NCBI GenBank assembly: GCA_027923505.1
Contig: BROI01000002.1
Location: forward strand, 496,001 to 560,000
Source: Mayamaea pseudoterrestris
Lineage: Eukaryota
DNA: 64,000 nucleotides
Direction of reading: 5' to 3'
In this document: piece by piece, positions 56,882 to 64,000 of the stretch
Position numbering within the stretch: the first letter of the stretch is position 1
Layout of the letters: every line of letters starts with the position of its first letter
Notes under the pieces: generated by a model
What the model was told of the DNA's origin: nothing
Databases searched by the model: none
Seen by the model: the letters and a program-made list of their open reading frames with translations, nothing else
Made by a program: the position numbers and the translations under genes

Positions 56882-59800
56882 CTAAGTTGACGACGGACTC
56901 TCGTTACGAAGACGCTTCTCCTCAAGTTCCAGTCTATGCACCTGCTGCATGAGCTCGGCCACCTTGGCAGCTTGCAAAGGCATGTTTGCATTCAATGCCT
57001 TGATTGGCGATGCGGTAAACGTGGACTCACGACCCTTGTTGCAGGCTGCAACCATTTCCTGGACAATCTCCCTCCCGCAAGTGACCCATTCCAATCGATT
57101 TTGTGTAGCATAACTGTACGCTTCCTTGCTCGCCACACCAAAAACGTCGCACTGAACAAGCTTTTCAGCAGTCGGAATAATGCACTTGTCGAAAAAGGCA
57201 ATCTCTTTCTCGTAAAAGCCACTTGATGGATCTTCTGTGATCCTTCCTCGCTTGAAAGCTCGATAGAGCTCCGTAAACTGACGACCAGTCCACTGGCGAT
57301 AGATATGCCAATGTTGCATTGCATGAATAACATCCGAAGCGCGAACAACATACTCCATGATGAGCGTGGCCTTACGGTCGCCATTGTCGAACTCCCTAGA
57401 AGCATCTTCGCCGAATGCACTAGTCCAGCGCTTATTTCGGGCATCGCGGACAGTATCATCCGACACGTCGGTCGACAAGACGCAATTCATGACGAGAGAG
57501 CGGAAACGTTCCATTTCTTCAGCCGTCTCAAAAATTGCGGCTCGCAGGGCCGGGTACTGTTCATCGGTCAAGAGTCCCCATGCCAGATCGAACGAATTTT
57601 GCTCCGCGACGCTGACTCCTTGGTAAGCGTCCGCCAACTCGGCGTTCTCCTTGACAAGCACATCATTAGGAACTCCAGGATGATCAATGTCATGAATCAA
57701 AGCACTGAAAACACATGCAAATTGAGTGAGGGGACACGATGATAGGCCGTGGGTTCGTTCATGAAGCTCGCTTGCACCATCAATGAGGTTGTCAAATCGC
57801 CGACCTGGCGTGCTCTTGCCAATTGTCATGCGCGATAAGAACTTGGTGACACTGAGCATTACATGAGATGCATGGTCAAAGCAGTGGAATGTAAGCTTGG
57901 AGTTGTGCATAATGGCAACATTGGTTACAAAATCGTGTAGTTCCTGAATGACTTCCTGGTCCAAGGTAACATCATCCGTGCTTCCATTGTCAAGCGGAAT
58001 AGCTGAAATAATCGGGTCAAACTTTGGCATAGATATCACATCCTTAACTTGAAAGGAAAGAGGAGCTTCCTGCGCACAGTGAGGCGAAGGGAAAATTATG
58101 TCGATATGGTTCATCTGGTTCTTAACGGTCCGAGTGGCGGTCGCCATCCGCTTGCGTTTGATCATTTTCAGAAAGCGGATTAAAACCTCCGTATTGAACT
58201 CAACCAGACGAGCTGTCTTTGGAGATACAAGGTCATGCAGTAGCTTCTCTGTCTCCATGTCCGAGTCTGAGTTATCCGAATCCGTATCGGAGTCCGAGTC
58301 GTCATCTGCCTCATCCTCGGTAACGTCACAACTCGACAAATCTTGTCGGGAGGTGTCCTCATCTCGGTCTCGGTCGCCACCCTTCCGGGAAGCCTTTTGT
58401 CGCGTGGCACCAGACTTGAGCCAGAATGTGTTCAGCTCGCCTTTGCCCTTTGCAAAAACCTTTTCCTCGCGACTGTAGAACCAATTTACCTTGCCTGCAG
58501 CTACGAGCAAATCGGCTGTTTCTTGCGAAAGGTGGATGCGACCTTTCATTCCGGTCGTTTCAATACGAGCACATGTGTTCATACTGTCCCCGAAAAGTTG
58601 AAGATATAAAACCAGCAATGAGTGAGGACATGCTGATGAAGAGACAAATTGTCTGCGATCCAAACTAGTCCTAAACGTACCTATCCCCGAACAACTGAAA
58701 TCGGCTTTTCTCACCCCGTAACACACCTCCTGTCACAGGCCCAGAATGTATACCGATTCGCAAATGGAGATCAGAAGTATCGGGTCCTAGAATAGACTCC
58801 AACTTACGAACGAGCTCTTTTGTTTTTGACAGTATATCTCGAGCGAATCGACACATGGCAACGCAATGGTCCTTGCGAGGTTCAGGAAGTCCACATGCCG
58901 CGACTGTAAGATTTAAAGAGTAAATTAAGATTGCTAGTCAGCCTTCTGCAATGGAGTTGCAACAAACACAAGCCGACGATTTTCTTAGCTTACCGTAACA
59001 ATCGCCGACTATCGGTGAAGCGGCATAAAAGGCGTGTAAGCGAAATGACTTAAAATCACACCGCAAATTAAGTGGCCTACCGACTTACCTGTCTCAACTT
59101 TGAAAATGCCTCTCTTCTTGGCAATTGTATCAAAATTACGATAAAGAGTTTCAAGCAACGTAAAACTGAAAGCCATGATAAAAATCAACGGGTAAGTTTT
59201 AGGTGACAGTATTCACACAAAGCCTCCATACGCGTTCGCGGCAGGCTTACACTTCAGTTGGCTGTCTAGCCGATGACCATGCCGTAAAGCCGGCTAAATC
59301 GGCAAATAACTAATGAAACAGATCGGTGAGAGTGTTGTTGCGATTATGCCTTTCAGAGCAGCGGCAGAGTTGGTGCAACTTGCTTACCAGTGTGGCTACA
59401 GGGAACAAGTCGGCGATTGGGCGAGTACGGAACATTTCTCCACTGTCATCTTCTTCAACGTGCGCTTCCATCTCATGCATTGTCTTTTGCTTCACATTCC
59501 GTCTGCCGGACTGCTTAGATCGTTTCGACTGGGCTTCACTACCTTCGTCTTTTTGAAATAGCCGGTCGTGCACCTGTGTCGGAAATAGCGATGAAACAAG
59601 CGCATTCGACCGCGCTGCCTTTTCAGCCACTTTGGCAATACGCCCTTCAAGAAACTTGTCGTAAAGGACATAAAAGAAGGATAGGGCCACGAACATGACA
59701 AACAAAATGAGTGGCATCAGATTGGCTCCTTTCGAATTACTGAAGCTGCTGTACGACGCAAACAATTGAACGCTGTAAACGCAACCCCTTCCGGTAGAGT

Positions 59801-61195
59801 GTTTTACGCCGTCGCCAAAGAGCGGAAAAGTTCCAGTCAAACGAGCCAAATCGCTAGTTTGCTGCAGATTGTCGTCACCGATGACTCCAGTCTGTTTCAG
59901 TTAAACAAGATGGTGAGGTTTGCCCTATGCACATGATGATATTGTCCTGCATTAATAAAAACGCACCTTCTCGCCATCCATGTAATAGTAAGATTGTCCG
60001 CACGTATTCTTTAAAGCAAAGTTGACACCTTCCGCAGCGCCCGAGCTAACCAAGGCTGACATGAACAAGTCCCAGGATAGTGATGAAATGAGCGCCGACA
60101 TGACCTTCTTTGAGGAAGCTGCACTCTTGTCGTGAATGGGATAGAGCAAGACTGCATGACTGCCACCATCCACCATATCGTTCCAAATCGCGGAGGTATT
60201 TTCCATTCCCGAAATGACAAAAGAGTCGCCCGATAGAAGTGCATCCAAAAGCGGTGGAAAGAAATCCGAGGCATGCATATCTTGATTGACAACGTCTCGA
60301 GTTGCTGGTGGCGGCGATGTTTGCCAGAGAGGAACAAACGGCGTCGGACGAAAGATAGATGGAATGGATGTGCCATCTACATCCTTTCCAAACCAAATGT
60401 ACGGGGTGGTGCTTGTATCAGCTGGGCTTTCAAGGTCTGCTAGCTCAAAGCTTTCTTCGATCCATAAATCGTTTGCCATCGAGTAGTTGGCCCATTCATT
60501 GCCACTGTCTCTCATTTCGATAATGGGCGCGTACGAAACAACCTGCAATCCATTTTCGAGAACATCGCGTCCGGCGTACTCAAAGCGAGGCAGAGTAACA
60601 AAATTCGTCTGCTTCTTAGCTACAAGAAGAGCTTCCCTTTCGAATTGGTCCCCGAGTCGCTCAAGCGACTGCATTATACTTTGTGTGTGATCGTTTGCTC
60701 TTCCATTGAGTGATACAACAAGAGCTTGAAACTGATATCGGAAAGTAAATGAGGCATGTTCGTTAGCTGCAGTCATAAGTGGCATCAATCTGTGTAGTAG
60801 ACGATCGCAGCAACAGCACATACCTGTTGGTCAATCTCACTCCGTTCCAGTGTGACGAGCGATTGAAACGCCAAGACGGAAAGCCCAGCTCCAATGAGCA
60901 GCAAAACGCTGACGACAACAATCCTCCAGTTTCTGTGATGCTTTGACTCCGTTTCGATGGCCTTGGCAACTTCGTCGCCATCCGCCGCCGAAGACCCAGC
61001 AAACTCGTCGTCGCCATCTGTTTCGAGCGATCCATCGTCATCGTTGGAATCACTCGCCTCGGAGCCGTGGTCAACCTTGCGAGCAGATGGATGTTGCTCA
61101 ACTTGCTGCAATCGAGAATTGCCATCAGACAATAGGCCGTCGATGGAAGCCATTGCCGTCGTTTTGGAGCGAATGGATGATCTTTGTGAAGGCAT
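56882..61195 (-). CDS. Receptor-type guanylate cyclase/phosphodiesterase fusion, intact (paralog B)
   Basis: Exons 61195-60824, 60731-59967, 59891-59388, 59309-59251, 59165-59089, 59008-58994, 58903-58681 and 58583-56882 splice in frame. Product: TM, ectodomain (PLWQTSPPP), TM, cyclase (FADLAGFT, KVETVGDCY, RFQLFGD), PDE (FHCFDHASHV, IHDIDHPG, ASDVIHAMQHW). Confidence 0.88.
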
Positions 61196-61838
61196 GATGA
61201 AGAACACCGCAGCGGCTCGTTTATTCGGTGTCGTGAATCTGTGCCTCGCTTTGAAGATAATGGCTTCACGACTACAATTCGAAATGATAATGGCAGGAAC
61301 AAATATGATGAGGCTCAAGACTTTTGCCTCCAGCCATCACCCATCAGATTCATGGCGTCGTACGGAAATGCGCCTGACACATTTCGCGCAATGAGCCTGA
61401 CTCATCGTCATGCCAGGCCATTGGGGGCAATGACGATTCATCGTTCAGTGACACTGACATGGTATAAAAACTGATCGGCAAATGACTTTCGAACATATAA
61501 GCTTGATCTTGAATACTCATATCACTATGCCTTTCTTGTCGTGCGTCACTCCGTGTTTCTGATCCGTCGGCTCGTCGATGGTTAGCTCACTTTAAAGCTA
61601 TCATACCGGTCTTATTGTGTTCACAGGAACCACATTCAATACGTACAAGTAGAATTACCTTGGGTAGCAATACTTAGCTTGCAGACAAGCTCCGTGCAGG
61701 TTGAGGCGCATTCGGATTCGTTCTAAACGCCGTCAAGTTGTCCACGTACTGACACATACATCCAAACGACTCTTGCCCGCTGAGCTTTTACTCGACAAGA
61801 GATCACATCTTACGGTACACAACTGTCACGAGCTTATG

Positions 61839-63410
61839 CTATAGTTTCTGCTTTTTTATAATCCTATACCGGCCGTATAGAGGATCCATCTTAAAGTCCG
61901 GTGATTTCATAAGGCTGTGCTTCCATTGCTTCCAAGTTTCGACCCAATTTGGATCGCCAACATCTAGCAGGTAAACATATTCTTCCCATATATCTAAAAT
62001 GTCCCTTGCAATGGTTGAGTAAATCATATGTTGGCTGCACCATTTGTTGGCATTGACGACAATTGATCGCATCATTTCTCGATTGCTGGGATCCGTGACA
62101 AAGGCGGCCTTGGCAAGTAAATCCGACAAGTCATGCTTGACAGGAACAAAGTGCACCCATGGCTGCAGTGACTTGTAAAAGTAGTCCACGTAGCGAGGCT
62201 CCACCTTGACAATGACGGAATTGTAGCACAAGAGTTTGCCGAATCGAGAGCTCCAAGAATTACCATCAATGTCAAGGATCCCCATGTACCTCATGAATCG
62301 TTCCTGCGGCTTGATTGACTTGGCCAAACCACCAAAATAGGAGATGTTAACCGTCTCCCTGCCGCGACTATGTCGTTCGGGTATGCTTGACAGACCAATG
62401 TCCAGTAGATCGCTGGGATGATCCACCGGAAAGCGAGCAATGCGCGCCCGGTCACTCTTGTAGTTCTTCAACGCGCCCGTCAACGATCCTCGCCACACAA
62501 TCTTGGGGAGCTTTTCGTCCATGGTGAAGTTTCTTTCGTATTCCTGAAACGAGGTCTCCCATTCTTTAGGTGTAAACTTGGAATCAAGAATAGTCTTGTA
62601 GGTTGGCAGCGGAAAACTATAATTGCAGGAAAGTGAACCACAGACAGTAAACAGTGGGACTGAAAGATTATGAAAATTGTTGCGATTGCAGGACAAAAAG
62701 TCTCCGTTCCAAACAAGAAACGGAAAGCCTCCGTCTTTGAGTGCTTGACGCAGGCGCGGCCACTGGTTCATCTTGTCACGACGGAGCGTGTGATGCGCCA
62801 GTCGCATGGCTTCCTCCGTTGGATAGACGCGATACCGTTGATTGGCTTTGGTGATTATGGAGCGCTTCGTCGTAGATACATGCAAGCCTCGGGCATTTAA
62901 AACATACAACAGTTCTGGAAACTGGTGGTATATTCTGGGCCATGGTAGTGTCGTTGCGTTCGTTGGCATTGCCTCGATGAAGGTTTGCAGCGCGCTAAAT
63001 TGAATTCCTTGACTGTCCCAACGAGGAAAGTTCCAGTTTCGAGGCGTCGTCAATTCGTCGCGAAATAGGAATTCGTGTCCCACGGACGGATGCAATTGAG
63101 AAGTATTTTCAAATGCCAATAGCTCATTTTGCTGGGCCCTCTGCTCTCGTCGTCTCAACGTTGCTATAATTGGAGAGCGGTCCTTGCTTGGCAGGAAGGC
63201 TGCCGATACAGCCTCGAGATCATGCTGCACCGTCTCACTGTGAATACTCAACATGATGGCATAGGCAGCCATTAATAGAAATAGCAGTATGTAGCCTCGG
63301 TGAACGAATGTAAACGGCTGGTTCATTAGCAATGGCTTTCGTCCATGTTGTTGTTTTGTTGGTGAAACAGACTTGCTAGGAGAGCGCCTTTTCATGTTTG
63401 GGCTAATCAT
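61839..63410 (-). CDS. Glycosyltransferase family 90 (CAP10/KDELC-like) type II membrane protein
   Basis: N-terminal TM, KIVWRGS, DIDGNSWSSRF and LQPWVHFVPVKHDLSDL. Confidence 0.85.
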   Translation of the reverse strand: MISPNMKRRSPSKSVSPTKQQHGRKPLLMNQPFTFVHRGYILLFLLMAAYAIMLSIHSETVQHDLEAVSAAFLPSKDRSPIIATLRRREQRAQQNELLAFENTSQLHPSVGHEFLFRDELTTPRNWNFPRWDSQGIQFSALQTFIEAMPTNATTLPWPRIYHQFPELLYVLNARGLHVSTTKRSIITKANQRYRVYPTEEAMRLAHHTLRRDKMNQWPRLRQALKDGGFPFLVWNGDFLSCNRNNFHNLSVPLFTVCGSLSCNYSFPLPTYKTILDSKFTPKEWETSFQEYERNFTMDEKLPKIVWRGSLTGALKNYKSDRARIARFPVDHPSDLLDIGLSSIPERHSRGRETVNISYFGGLAKSIKPQERFMRYMGILDIDGNSWSSRFGKLLCYNSVIVKVEPRYVDYFYKSLQPWVHFVPVKHDLSDLLAKAAFVTDPSNREMMRSIVVNANKWCSQHMIYSTIARDILDIWEEYVYLLDVGDPNWVETWKQWKHSLMKSPDFKMDPLYGRYRIIKKQKL

Positions 63411-63757
63411 TATCGACTATGCGTTTTGCAACTTAGCAATACATTGCGATGACAGGTTTCTATACAAGCTTAGCGCCTGTAGGTCGACGACCATGGAGCA
63501 GATTGGGAACTGCTTTTGGCGTCCGTCGGTGCTCGTCATCGCGCACGATGGCGATGAGTCAAAACCAGTGCGATCTTCTGTTGTCTTAGCGGTTCTGGGG
63601 GAAGTCAGCTGACGAGGAAGATCCATCCACATCCAACTGACTCTGGTCGTAAAGCATCTGGCCTACAAGCTTGCATTGACGTTAGACTTGCTTAAACATC
63701 AAGAGCAATCCATTGCATCAGTTGTTGTAGCTAAATTCATCCATTCCAAGCATTTGC

Positions 63758-64000
63758 ATGGCAGCAATGATCGGATCTGCGACACTGCGACGCTTGGCAA
63801 AACAATTGGCGCGCTGCTCGGCTGCTGCAGCTGGCAAGCCCATCGTCGGAGCAGCACATTTACAAACCACTTGCACCATTCGAACCTATCGCGGCGAAGC
63901 CAAGGAGGATGTGTCGCGCTTGACGACGGACGAGGAAGCATTGTTAAAGCTTGCGGCTCCAAAGCTTGAACAGATTTATGCGCGACACATTCGTTTGCCC
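63758..64000 (+). CDS. 5' part of a probable mitochondrion-targeted protein (runs off the window)
   Basis: Read by eye: MAAMIGSATLRRLAKQLARCSAAAAGK...IRTYRGEAKED..., open for 81 codons to the window end; Arg/Ala-rich, acid-free presequence. Confidence 0.5.
   Translation, partial: MAAMIGSATLRRLAKQLARCSAAAAGKPIVGAAHLQTTCTIRTYRGEAKEDVSRLTTDEEALLKLAAPKLEQIYARHIRLP

Overview
Gene-dense eukaryotic nuclear DNA with short (~70-160 bp) GT-AG introns. The gene families (HSF-type factors, DUF6824-like, helicase-associated domain, guanylate cyclase-PDE fusions, gametolysin, bipartite plastid presequences, a Copia element with TGTTG...CAACA LTR) suggest a diatom; this is inference. The dominant structure is an apparently identical direct duplication, 1..8673 = 19840..28512 (offset 19,839 bp). 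It carries five intact genes (COG0523 GTPase, GNAT, mitochondrial S18, HSF, ARP1) and the 3' third of an SRPK kinase gene. Copy 1 ends at a junction where SRPK is fused to the last ~390 bp of a Ty1/Copia retrotransposon (RNase H tail, PPT, 211-bp LTR), which creates a chimeric ORF. This fits a very recent ~19.8 kb tandem duplication, although an assembly artefact cannot be excluded. The right half holds ordinary single-copy genes plus two inverted guanylate-cyclase/phosphodiesterase paralogs. One is a decaying pseudogene (+1 and +13 frameshifts, lost PDE histidines, no sensor domain). The other is intact and shows an apparent 14-nt intron slide, with a synonymous 'ghost' copy of the exon end left inside the intron. 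No rRNA, tRNA or CRISPR was recognised. Exon boundaries were read by eye.
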